Source: Negaprion brevirostris
Taxonomy: Eukaryota
DNA length: 64,000 nt
Assembly: GCA_030324005.1 (NCBI GenBank)
Contig: JARDVH010000132.1
Coordinates: forward strand, 121,708,459-121,772,458
Direction: 5' to 3'
A program made the translations under genes and the position numbers. The notes under the pieces were generated by a model. That model did not search any database and had not been told where the DNA came from. It saw only the letters and a program-made list of their open reading frames with translations. Shown one piece after another: positions 55,401-62,605 of this stretch. Every line of letters begins with the position of its first letter. Positions within the stretch are counted from its first letter, which is position 1.

Positions 55401-58400
55401 CACACTTTGGTGACTGTTTGGCGCACTGAGGGGCAATTTAGCATGGCCAATGCAACTAACCAGCACATCTTTCTCATAGAATCATAGAAATCACAAAGAC
55501 GCCATCTGGCCCATCAAGTCTGCGCCAACTACAATCCCATCCAGCCCCTATTCCTGTAACCCCACACATTTACCTTGCTAATCCCCCTGACATTAGGGTC
55601 AATTTAATATAACCAATCAACCTAATCTGCACATCTTTGGTGTGTGGAAGGAAACCAAGCACCTGGAGGAAGCTCATGCAGACGTGGGGAGGAAGTGCAA
55701 ACTCCACAAAGACACAGTGACCAAGGCTGGAATTAACTCTGGGTACTTGGCATTGTGAAGCAGCAGTGCTAACCACTATGCCATCTTTAATCAAATCCAA
55801 TTCTTTCTGTCTAAATCTGTAACGACTTAAAATCATTCAAATCACCTTATCTTATCCATTCTGTAGCCTGACTGAAGTCAAGCTTATCTAGCTGGCTTAT
55901 ATGGAATAAGCTACTTCTCTGTTCTTTTAAATCTCTTCTGCCAATATATAACCATTGTCTGCTCCAAACACTTCTAATTTGGCCCTGTCAAAGTCATTTT
56001 CTGCTCTCCATGATTTGTAGACGATTATTAATCAAAGGCAACAACTCCTGTCATTATGATGTGATGTGAATTCTTTTCACATGGAGTCGGATGCAAAGAG
56101 GTCTCCAAATATAATTTTGTAGCTATGTTTTCCAGCGATTTTCGGACTTGACCCAGGCCAACAAAACTTAGTGCTGTGACATCGAGAGCTGCAACTCTTT
56201 CTTTCGAATAACTTGGCTCTCCTCAGCTGCCCTGTATTTAGATTATCCAGGCACAACATATTACCCACCCCAAGAAAACTGACTGTAAAAGTTAATACAA
56301 TTTCTCTCTCATAGTTAGAAAGTGCTTCCATTGCTATAACATTTTATTTTGACTCACAGAAGCACTGCAAAATGTTTCCCACAACAGCAAATTATTGCCA
56401 TCATTTCTTATTGGATGAAAAGTTATAAAAGTTGCACACAGCAAGGCCTGAGAAATGGCAAAGCAGTCAACATCTTGTGTTGTTGGTTGAAGGTACACTG
56501 TTTTTCTTCAAGTAATGCCATGAAACCTTTAACATGCATCTAGACAAGCTACATGTGACAGCATTGCCCAACAGTATCACACTCCTTCTACCAGTAGTGA
56601 TCTCTTGTACTCTCTCTGCACCTGGATATTAGGGGAACTCGTTAAAAGAACAAGCAACCTCACCCCCCCTCCCCCAAAATGATTGCAGTTAGGCCAATTG
56701 AAAATTTCAAAACTGAAATTAATAGATTTTTGGTTGGCAAGAGTTATGAAAGGTACAGATTGCCATGAAAAAATTGAACAGTGGACAGGTTTGAGAGCTA
56801 ATTAGCCTACTGCTGTTCCTATGTTCCTCAAAGCCACTCCACCATCTACACGGCTCAATTAGTCGGCACTGTAGTGCACTGTACACCAATTGCCTCACTG
56901 GGTGTAGCTGCAGCAGCATGTAGAAGCTTGGCAGCACTCAGAATAGAGTACTAAGCTTGTTCACTGTCCCAGCCACCCAATATCCATTCTTCCAACACTG
57001 ACATATTGTGTCTGTGCTGTGTATGGCCTATAAAGTGCGCTATTACTTCAACACCATGTTCTTTTCTTGCAATCTCTATTTCAGAGAAGAACAACAATAT
57101 TGTTAAACACCATCATCAGTAAGTTCCCCTCCAAGTTGCTCAACATCCTGAGTAGGATATCTATCCCTATTTCTTCATAATCACTGGGACTATATGTGGG
57201 AAGCTTGCACCTAACTCATCACCAATAAGGACTGTAATGGTCCAAGCAGAAGTCCCAACATCACCTTCTCGGAGAAACTAGAGATGTGCAGTAAATATGG
57301 GTTTATTAAAATCACTAATGTCTCAAGAACTTCATATTGCCTAAAGTAAGCAAAGGTTGAGCACATAGTGAGTTTCTTTCTGTGAGTGTTTTCAACTTCC
57401 AAAAGTTGGATGCTGGGAAAGATATGGAAACTTCTGTTCCATTAAGGAATTTGGCAGTAATCTTGGACAATATGAGAGAGGTTTTGAGGGTGTGGAGTCA
57501 CAAGCAGATATTGAAAATGAGACCTCAAAATCCCTGTAATCTGTTCTGTAACAAATCATGAAAGTCCATGAGCCTGACCTGACCTCTGATTTGTCTGTGG
57601 AATACCTAGTTCTTAGTCATGAGTGGTATTAACAGCAGAGGTCTTGAAACAACTCCAAAAGTACATTAACAAATACAATTCAGTACAAGAAGACACAAAA
57701 TGGCCAACTCCAACCTGTATCTCTCACACACTCTATCACTGCATTTATTGTGGTATTAGTTGTTTGAGGTGGAAATCCGTTGAAATGGACCAGAGAATTG
57801 TTGATAGTTTCATAGTGTGGCATATTTATGTGTACTGGAAGCTACATATGCACAAGCCCTGTTCTTTGAAGAAAAAAAAGAATGTGTACAGATATTTCAC
57901 CTGTTTCAGCTAAACAAAATAAGTGAAGGCCATTCATTGGTTCATTCCTCAGGATAATGCCTTGGCCAATTAGAGTCAAGCTGCTTGGTTTAATATTTCA
58001 AATGATGCTTGACAGTTAACTGTTAGTCACCATCAACTAGTGTATTCTCAATGGCAATGCGTCAACCAATCAAAGTCCACTTGTCAACCAATTTGCACTC
58101 TCTTCTCAAATAGTATAAAATATTGTTTGCTTTGCATTTGATATTTTTGATGAATGTAAGACAAAAAAGCTTCGACAAAAAAAAATCTTTTTTTTTCAGT
58201 AATTGTCAAGCACAGCATTATTAAATGACAACTAAAAGGGAATGGTTGAATCTATGGAAATGACAATTCAGTAGAATGATAACCCTGTTCTCTCTGTTTA
58301 GTATTCCTCAACTCAGATTTGGCTGAGTTAAGAAATTTGAGATTATTGGTGTAAATACATTGTGAAATAGGGACAGTAAACTCCTCTAACTGATCGTCAG

Positions 58401-61400
58401 TATGTTGACCACTTTGAGAACCCTACACCAGCACCAATCTTGCTGACCTACAGTAGCTAAGTCACAATACACACAATCCTGATTTGAATAATTTCTTGAA
58501 ATCCACAAAATGCATTCCTCATGCTGTATGGTTATGAGAGCTTAGTGCTCACAAGAACTAATGAGATTTGATGAATTGTTTGGATCATTGTATTTTAACA
58601 AACTGTCTACCAAAGCTCTTTTTTTTGGCAAAGGTTTTATGAATTTTTCTGTGTTTCTGTCAAAGGGTGAACCTGGCACCAGCAACAATATTGAAGGTCC
58701 AAAGGGTGAAAGAGTAAACCCTGGTCAAGTGGTACATTGGCTTTGTGTTTCTAAGAATCTATTTAATAATTTATAGAGAGCTGTCATTTTCATTCACGGA
58801 CTTGATAATTCTAAAACCAGTAACAGTGAAACATTATTTTACAGGGTGACACAGGAAGAAGTGGTAATCCAGGAAAACGTGGTGATGTCGGAAATCTTGT
58901 AAGCAAGTCTCTGTTACATTTGTCGAGTTCACTGCACTTCCATAAAACTTACTTGTCCAAATTATTATTTTTCAAATCCAAATCATTATCTCGTATTTAC
59001 TGATCCAGTCCCAATGTGAACAGAAGTGATAGCTTTGATAAATAAGGGGATCAGGGATTATGGTGAAAAAGCAGGAGAAAGGGGATGAGAAAAATATCAG
59101 TCATCATTGAACAGCAGAATAGACTCGATGGGCTGAGTGGCTTAATTCTGCTCCAATATCTGATGGTCTTATGGCTTGATTAAAGGAGTTTAATTACCGA
59201 GAGAACATTTCAAACTGGAGACAAGTTCTCAATTTGACAATTATTGATATAATTTCATCCTTTAACTAATTTTACTTAAAATGAAATATGACCATAAATT
59301 ACTTTACTGTTTCAATTAAATTAGTAAATTAGAAAATATAATTATTAATGTCTAATCATGTTTGAAGTCAGGTAATTTAGATGTTTTAGGACTATATTCA
59401 ATCAGCTACCACCCCCACCAGCTCACCAAACTCCCCAAGTGTCATTCATCAGATATAGGAGCTGAAATTACGCCACTTGGCCCATCGAGTCTACTCCACC
59501 ATTCAATCATGGCTGATGTTTTTCTCATCCCCATTCTCCTGCCTTTTCACCATAATCGCTGATCCTCTTATTTATCAAAACTATCTCTTCTGTTCACACT
59601 GGGACTGGGTCAGTAAATGTGAAATAATGATTTTGATTTGGAAAATAATAATTTGGATGAGTAAGTTTTATGGAACTGCAGTGAACCCGCTGTAGCGTGT
59701 TTTCCGGTGGCGGAGACAGCTCATCATTGGTTGTCAGTGGGATGTCTTCAGCATTTTGCTTGGCTCACCCATCCCGCTGCCAGGGAACCCACCACAGGGG
59801 TTGCCTTTGGCAGCAGACCCTGGAGATCTTGATGACAGTAAAGACGGAAAATCCCACCCTCACTGTACATATTAACACTTGCAAGCAGGCTGTTTGAATC
59901 AACTGAACAGAGACAAGCACTTGTGAACCGATTCGGGAGTTTGATTGCAGCCAAGAGCAATGAAACATCCCAATTAAACAAACACACACCAGAACTGCAG
60001 GACAAGAATTTGTGCTCTGTCAAATATTTTGTCCTCCCTGAGGAGATTCCTATGATGGGCAGGACTGGAAGAGTTAGGGCACTATCTTAATAGAATACGT
60101 ACTGGAATATCTAAAGGTATTGCGAAAAATTTCAATGATTAGACATTATCATCATTCTAGGCTATACTCCCAGCCTTGTAAAAAGCATTTTACCATTTTA
60201 TCCATTTCATGAATCTTTATAGTTTCTCTGAAGACTTTTTCACATTTGCAATGCTGAACTTTTACTTGACAGCTTGCCAGTTGGCAGAAGTAAAAACTTG
60301 TCAAACATATTACTTCAAAAGTATTTACATGCTGCAGCACAGCACTGTTATGACTCACATGAATAAACACAAATACCACTCATGCTTCAGCATTTAATGA
60401 TGGACTTTAAAGGACAATAACCCATTTTACTTCCTTTTTAAGTCTTCTTGCTTATGGTTCATTCCTTCACACAGCTGTTGTACAACTCAATAGCAGCTAA
60501 AGTCCAGCTACTTCCTTGAAAATTAAAAAAAAACTTTCCAGATGTAGGCTCCTAATACCCCATAATCCTGTCAATTACCTCCTTATTAGGGTTGGATTTA
60601 TTCCAAGGCCCACTACCACCCTTGTGGAAATTCCAAAGGGCAGAATCAAAAGCATGCCACTTGGCAGTCTTTTCCTTATGGTTCTGCCTCTGAATAGTCC
60701 CCAAGGTTTGTCCTTTTGCGTCAGCATAAGACAGTGGCTACGAAAGTAGGTGAATGTGTTGGTGCGAACACAGAAGCCAAAGGTGATGGCTTCACTTCTC
60801 CCTGTGCTCACCGGAGGAAAATGTGATTCATCCATGACTGGAGGTGGAGGGAACTTCTCTGGCCTCTCTACAGCGTGCTTTCTATTGCAGGTGGTGATGT
60901 GCCATTCACCAGTGGTGGGATCTTCAGATCCTGCCGTTGTCAATGGGATTTCCCGTTGTTTGCACCCCATGCTGCCAGGAAACCCTCAGCAGGGGTCTGC
61001 CATCAGTGGCACCAGAACAGAATTAAGGCCCGAGTGCTTGAAAAACAGACTGATGGCCAACTTACTGAAGGGAACTACTGAACAGCATGGGCGGGTCATG
61101 AATGGGAATGTGATTAAGTGCATATGAAAGGCTGATCCCATGAGTGCAGATAATGTCACCAAGGAACAGCATGAAGGAGATGAAGAGTAGAGACCAAGAC
61201 TGAATCTGTGGGAGACTCCAGAGGTGTTAGTTTTGGGATGGAATTGGATGCCTAATATTCCTACAAGTTAATTTAGTTTTATCTCTTACCTATATTTACA
61301 GACAAAAAGAAGGAATGTCTATTAATTTTCAAAAGTTTAATCTGATAAAATAACAGATTTAAAAGAACATTTTCACTTTGTTTAGGGTGCAAATGGTGAG

Positions 61401-61859
61401 AGAGGACAACTGGGCGCACAGGTAGGATTCTATTTTATTCATAGTAGCTTAGCTTTTACATACCATGTGACTGCAGATAAATGCTAGTATCGTGAACAGG
61501 AAGAGTGAAAGAAGTAGCTTTAGCCAGGGAACCTCAGAATTAGCAAAGACATTTTCTTTAAAAGTGTTCTGACAATTTATTCTAATAGGAGGCATCTGCT
61601 GCCACATCAATGCTGGTGAATAATTGAGGTAGATGGCTGCTAGAGAATACATATTGACAATTGAAAGCAAGTCTCAGCAATGGGATATGTAGTTACTGAT
61701 TATGTACTGATTTCCCTTATTTACCTCTTCATTTAAGATGGTAATTGAAGTACCACTATATTCATATTGTTAAATAATACTTATCTTTACATGTAGGGTG
61801 CTAAAGGAAATGATGGTAATCAAGGACCTCGAGGAGATCCGGGAATCCGAGGCCCGCAG
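793..61859 (+). CDS. col6a6: Collagen type VI alpha-6-like chain (alpha4/5/6 group), partial multi-exon gene: 19 exons, VWA N6-N1 plus N-terminal part of triple helix
   Basis: Tandem VWA exons with linkers [24 protein letters not shown] and [12 protein letters not shown] that I recall from COL6A6/COL6A5, then CCxxxCxC and Gly-X-Y exons of 54,72,27,45,54,63,66,54,36,63 bp as in the COL6A3-A6 layout. All junctions AG/GT with consistent phase. Exact paralog (a4/a5/a6) is uncertain. Confidence 0.9.
1970..2532 (+). CDS. col6a6: col6a6-like exon, VWA domain (N5)
   Basis: ttctcag|GC TGC ACT GAC ([13 protein letters not shown]), gap 2008-2128, then [15 protein letters not shown]...DMCTKE G|gtacat. 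Confidence 0.92.
3203..3830 (+). mobile_element. Non-autonomous DNA transposon fragment (GGGCCCAATTTTACC-end family)
   Basis: Terminal gggcccaattttaccattgtg and the following ~400 bp resemble the reverse complement of 42300-42683. Confidence 0.65.
4052..4935. repeat. 145-bp inverted repeat (4052-4196 / 4791-4935), ~600-bp spacer
   Basis: Direct comparison; also visible as near-identical ORFs 4021+ and 4957-. Confidence 0.92.
5195..5355 (-). mobile_element. V-SINE 3' fragment
   Basis: Same tail (tttatttattagtgtca...gaagttactgtg) as other copies. Confidence 0.7.
5519..6079 (+). CDS. col6a6: col6a6-like exon, VWA domain (N4)
   Basis: cctacag|CC TGC AGT; [13 protein letters not shown] (intact DxSxS), GGDTNTG, VITDGEA; ends GAT G|gtaag. 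Confidence 0.96.
8364..8942 (+). CDS. col6a6: col6a6-like exon, VWA domain (N3)
   Basis: ttcaacag|AT TGC AAG AGA ([19 protein letters not shown]) to CCA A|gtgagt. Confidence 0.96.
9126..9397 (-). mobile_element. V-SINE (HE1-like)
   Basis: tRNA-like head ggtggcacagtggctag...gggttcaattccc and V-domain gtggagcttgcatgttctccc on minus strand. Confidence 0.85.
9400..9643 (-). pseudogene. Degenerate histone H4 pseudogene
   Basis: Minus strand from ATG at 9643 gives, across frameshifts, [14 protein letters not shown]..., [38 protein letters not shown], clearly H4 (KVLRDNIQ / [30 protein letters not shown]). Internal 21-bp tandem duplication; 3' end abuts a SINE. Confidence 0.9.
10118..10165. repeat. 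(CT)n microsatellite interrupted by (CG)n runs
   Basis: ctctctctctctcgctctctctctcgcgcgcgctctctctctcgcgcgcgctctct seen directly. Confidence 0.9.
10424..11287 (+). mobile_element. Putative solo LTR, sense orientation
   Basis: TGTTATA...TGTAACA termini; AATAAA ~60 bp before the 3' end followed by ACCACTGATTTTAGACTC, similar to the U5 of the minus-strand LTR (AATAAAAACCACTGTGTTTTGACTC). No clean TSD. Confidence 0.5.
14117..14134 (-). promoter_or_regulatory. Primer binding site, tRNA-Phe type (unit A)
   Basis: Minus strand TGGTGCCGAAACCCAGGA, 17/18 to the complement of the vertebrate tRNA-Phe 3' end (TGGTGCCGAAACCCGGGA), 2 nt after an LTR-terminal CA. Confidence 0.85.
15093..15110 (-). promoter_or_regulatory. 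Primer binding site, tRNA-Phe type (unit B)
   Basis: Minus strand TCGTGCCGAAAGCCGGGA, 16/18 to the tRNA-Phe PBS, 2 nt after the LTR-terminal CA at 15113. Confidence 0.8.
16060..16635 (+). CDS. col6a6: col6a6-like exon, VWA domain (N2)
   Basis: tgtacag|AA TGT GGA ([17 protein letters not shown]) to AAA G|gtagg. Confidence 0.96.
17851..18206 (+). CDS. col6a6: col6a6-like exon, N1 VWA domain part 1
   Basis: actttag|AG GAA CCA TCG TGT AAG ATA GAC ATT GCT GTG GGA TTT GAT ([16 protein letters not shown]) to GCA AAG|gtaag. Confidence 0.94.
19440..21690 (+). mobile_element. Degenerate CR1 LINE 3' region split by the TIR element
   Basis: caaatgaattttaacatagataaatgtgaggtgatg, ctggtcagatcacagtttaga..tgtgcacagtt, CR1-type 3' tail. 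Confidence 0.7.
19926..21229. mobile_element. ~1.3-kb non-autonomous TIR element with 3-bp TSD (AGA), PIF/Harbinger-like, inserted in a CR1 LINE
   Basis: gggcacaattttaccattt...aaatggtaaaatcaccacc; AGA on both sides; removal restores CR1 AAG GAC ATA GAG ATA CTG (KDIEIL). Confidence 0.7.
21739..21862 (+). repeat. Three 41-bp tandem repeats just upstream of the 79-bp exon
   Basis: Unit ttcctctgttccttttgtttaattactgttttaggtataaa; AGs at 21772, 21813, 21854. Confidence 0.9.
21892..21970 (+). CDS. col6a6: col6a6-like exon, N1 VWA domain part 2 (79 bp)
   Basis: ttttatag|ATA ATG TTG CTA TTC ACG GAT GGG ([26 protein letters not shown]) G|gtatg; not in ORF track, read manually. Confidence 0.92.
22080..22467 (-). 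mobile_element. V-SINE (HE1-like), gapped
   Basis: Head, V-domain and tail motifs as other copies. Confidence 0.85.
22470..22960 (+). mobile_element. CR1 LINE 3' fragment
   Basis: ggatttacaagaatgctgccagggctt...aaaatcttcttcacccagagggtg. Confidence 0.8.
24030..24367 (+). mobile_element. CR1 LINE fragment
   Basis: [28 protein letters not shown]. Confidence 0.8.
24368..24638 (+). mobile_element. Rex1/Babar-like LINE 3' end
   Basis: gcagccaacataacc...aacaacatcttccctgctgccatcaaactt; same family at 45141-45465 and (minus) 32908-33060. Confidence 0.6.
25613..25885 (+). mobile_element. V-SINE (HE1-like)
   Basis: gtggcacagtgattag...ggttcaattcc...tgtgtggagtctgcatg...taataaataaactt. Confidence 0.85.
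26090..26820 (+). mobile_element. Degenerate CR1 LINE ORF2 fragment
   Basis: [33 protein letters not shown] motifs. Confidence 0.75.
27413..28410 (+). repeat. ~155-bp direct duplication (27413-27566 / 28257-28410) bracketing a coding exon
   Basis: tagctctccaaaa...ggaatttgaaacaaaatggcccaatatgtccagtgacacttcagtgtgc...cagatgaagaatttgcc occurs twice. Confidence 0.92.
28084..28229 (+). CDS. col6a6: col6a6-like exon, N1 VWA domain part 3
   Basis: ttccag|GA ATC CAT ([29 protein letters not shown]...LLKQI)|gtaag. Confidence 0.93.
28489..28581 (+). CDS. col6a6: col6a6-like exon, N1/triple-helix junction (93 bp)
   Basis: tttgcag|[31 protein letters not shown]|gtaaat; CC-x3-C-x-C motif then Gly-X-Y. 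Confidence 0.95.
28707..28760 (+). CDS. col6a6: col6a6-like triple-helix exon (54 bp)
   Basis: ttttag|[18 protein letters not shown]|gtaag. Confidence 0.95.
29925..30245 (-). mobile_element. CR1 LINE 3' end
   Basis: Reverse complement of the 37890-38190 and 39573-39856 tails. Confidence 0.85.
30585..31405 (-). mobile_element. LINE 3' fragment (CR1/L2 group) hosting the SINE
   Basis: Shares sequence with 48015-48330 and 39375-39472 (gacccagtgacagtgaagg, cccaagtcaggatggtg). Confidence 0.65.
31050..31298 (+). mobile_element. tRNA-derived SINE (non-V family) with target-site duplication
   Basis: gttagctcagttgg (A box)...gggttcaattc (B box), acattt-type tail; flanked by tgcaggcaag on both sides inside a LINE fragment. 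Confidence 0.75.
32625..33480. mobile_element. Penelope-like element remnant (GIY-YIG C-terminal tail plus inverted pLTR piece), interrupted by a Rex1-like tail
   Basis: 33319-33397 reads [26 protein letters not shown], a typical Penelope C-terminus; 32625-32740 is a pLTR-like piece also seen at 3925-4020 and 18515-18620. Confidence 0.7.
34406..34722 (+). mobile_element. V-SINE with CR1-type tail
   Basis: Head and V-domain followed by gatgggctgaatggcctccttctg...ctatga. Confidence 0.8.
35085..35445 (-). mobile_element. DeuSINE/SacSINE-like SINE
   Basis: tRNA-like head on minus strand (ggaattcaaacccaggtcccc), central ctggagtcacatataggccagac...gatttccttcccta, 3' tail shared with the LINE at 30585/48015. 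Confidence 0.65.
35683..35826. mobile_element. ~140-bp MITE-like element (family copy 2)
   Basis: gggtgggattt...gttccaccc termini; same internal core as copy 1. Confidence 0.6.
36330..38192 (+). mobile_element. 5'-truncated CR1 LINE (HER1-like), RT pseudogene
   Basis: Fragments [50 protein letters not shown]; tail ctctatga repeats. Confidence 0.93.
38740..39010 (-). mobile_element. DeuSINE/SacSINE-like SINE, internally deleted
   Basis: Similar to 35085-35445. Confidence 0.6.
39573..39856 (+). mobile_element. CR1 LINE 3' end
   Basis: [10 protein letters not shown]...[13 protein letters not shown]; tail as 38100-38192 and inverse copy at 29925-30245. Confidence 0.85.
39900..41440 (-). mobile_element. 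Highly degenerate L2-like LINE fragments
   Basis: Purine-rich + strand with L2-like reverse motifs (gagctgcagtgcaatggtggcagtttggg; ggaggatttggaacca). Low clarity. Confidence 0.45.
41445..42683 (-). mobile_element. Non-autonomous DNA transposon with C-rich internal tandem repeats (same family as 3203)
   Basis: Ends cacaatggcaaaattgggccc; internal ccccccaccagagagagatctg-type repeats; left end unclear. Confidence 0.65.
44640..45140 (+). mobile_element. Degenerate CR1 RT fragment
   Basis: gaaagccagcacaaattcgttaa, agtcccctggggtcgatgttagg, aaaatttacagatg. Confidence 0.7.
45141..45465 (+). mobile_element. Rex1/Babar-like LINE 3' end
   Basis: aaggaccccacgcaccctggacattccctcttc...gactcaagaacagcttcttcc; (aaatc)n tail. 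Confidence 0.65.
45848..45974. mobile_element. ~125-bp MITE-like element (family copy 3)
   Basis: gggcgggactttt...aaaattctccc termini; same core; sits inside an L2 fragment. Confidence 0.6.
46985..47250 (-). mobile_element. V-SINE
   Basis: gggaatcgaatccaggtccctg...gcagtgctaaccactg; V-domain. Confidence 0.8.
48015..48330 (-). mobile_element. LINE 3' end fragment
   Basis: Similar to 30585-30900. Confidence 0.65.
48631..48702 (+). CDS. col6a6: col6a6-like triple-helix exon (72 bp) with helix cysteine
   Basis: ccttag|[24 protein letters not shown]|gtaag; NGT sequon and Cys at helix residue ~50. Confidence 0.95.
48770..50602 (+). mobile_element. 5'-truncated CR1 LINE, RT pseudogene
   Basis: [35 protein letters not shown] motifs with stops/frameshifts; 3' tail ends ~40 bp before a collagen exon. 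Confidence 0.93.
50641..50667 (+). CDS. col6a6: col6a6-like triple-helix exon (27 bp)
   Basis: tttcag|GKRGYRGQK|gtaaat. Confidence 0.92.
50716..50982 (+). mobile_element. Little-diverged CR1 LINE insertion, mostly collapsed into a gap
   Basis: [45 protein letters not shown], then N gap, then (ttcttatg)n tail. Confidence 0.88.
51052..51096 (+). CDS. col6a6: col6a6-like triple-helix exon (45 bp)
   Basis: caacag|[15 protein letters not shown]|gtatg. Confidence 0.94.
51500..51796 (-). mobile_element. V-SINE (HE1-like)
   Basis: Full head, V-domain and tail on minus strand. Confidence 0.85.
51945..51998 (+). CDS. col6a6: col6a6-like triple-helix exon (54 bp)
   Basis: ctcacag|[18 protein letters not shown]|gtaaaa. 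Confidence 0.94.
52900..53208 (-). mobile_element. V-SINE (HE1-like)
   Basis: Full head, V-domain and tail on minus strand. Confidence 0.85.
53686..53748 (+). CDS. col6a6: col6a6-like triple-helix exon (63 bp)
   Basis: ttctag|[21 protein letters not shown]|gtaag; one Gly position is Asn. Confidence 0.94.
55313..55785 (-). mobile_element. Two adjacent V-SINE pieces (AT-rich-tail fragment plus CR1-tail copy)
   Basis: 55313-55472 tail type A; 55475-55785 copy ending in catagaatcatagaa. Confidence 0.75.
58666..58731 (+). CDS. col6a6: col6a6-like triple-helix exon (66 bp) with helix interruption
   Basis: gtcaaag|[22 protein letters not shown]|gtacat. Confidence 0.92.
58845..58898 (+). CDS. col6a6: col6a6-like triple-helix exon (54 bp)
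   Basis: tttacag|[18 protein letters not shown]|gtaag. Confidence 0.94.
58924..59689. repeat. ~240-bp inverted repeat (58924-59165 / 59447-59689)
   Basis: Reverse complement of the left arm aligns colinearly with the right arm, including non-TE intronic sequence and a CR1 tail. Confidence 0.9.
61386..61421 (+). CDS. col6a6: col6a6-like triple-helix exon (36 bp)
   Basis: ttttag|[12 protein letters not shown]|gtagg. Confidence 0.93.
61797..61859 (+). CDS. col6a6: col6a6-like triple-helix exon (63 bp)
   Basis: atgtag|[21 protein letters not shown]|gttgtt. Confidence 0.93.
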
Positions 61860-62059
61860 GTTGTTATCAGTCATGATTCGATAAGTACACTAACATTGTC
61901 TAAACTCAATGTTTATCTATTTTTCTATGCTGTAGCTTTAATAATATTTCAGTGAGTTACTCAGCTGAATGTTATTGCAAGGTGAAAATAATTCCAAGGT
62001 TTGTGGAGCATTTATTAACTTTCAAACATTTAACTTATCATTATTTTACTTAATTTAGT

Positions 62060-62605
62060 TAAGTTCAGATGAATGTGAGGCATTTTGTAAGACAAACCAG
62101 GGCAGAACTTATACAGTTAATGGTAGAGCTCTGAGGAGTGTTGTCGAACAGAGAGACTGAGGGATGCAAGTACATAGTTCCTTGAAAGTGGAGTCACAAG
62201 TAGGCAGGTTGGTGAAGAAGGCTGTTGGTACACTTGCCTTCATTAGTCAGAGCTTTGAGCGCAGGAGTTGGGACCTTATATTACAACTGTACAAGACATT
62301 GGTAAGGCCACTTTTGGAGTACTGCATACAATTCTGCTCGTCTTGATATAGGAAGGATGTTATTAAACTGGAAAGGGTGCAAGAATGATTTACAAGGATG
62401 TTACCAGGACTGGAAGGTTTAAATTACAAGGAGAGACTAGATAGGCTGGGACTTTTTTCCCTGGAGCATAGGAGGATGAGGTGGTGACCTTATAGATTTT
62501 ATAAAAGTATGAAAGGCATAAATAAGATGAATAGCCAAGATCTTTTCCCAGAGTAAGAGTGTCAAAAAGTAGAGGGCGTAGGTTCAAGGTGAGGGGGGAA
62601 AGATT
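62060..62605 (+). mobile_element. CR1 LINE 3' fragment
   Basis: LQLYKTLVRPLLEYCIQFCSS. Confidence 0.88.

Noticed and set aside
58681-58695. NNIE interruption as a novel helix defect
   Set aside because: An interruption in the 66-bp exon is, as I recall, a conserved feature of alpha3-alpha6 chains.
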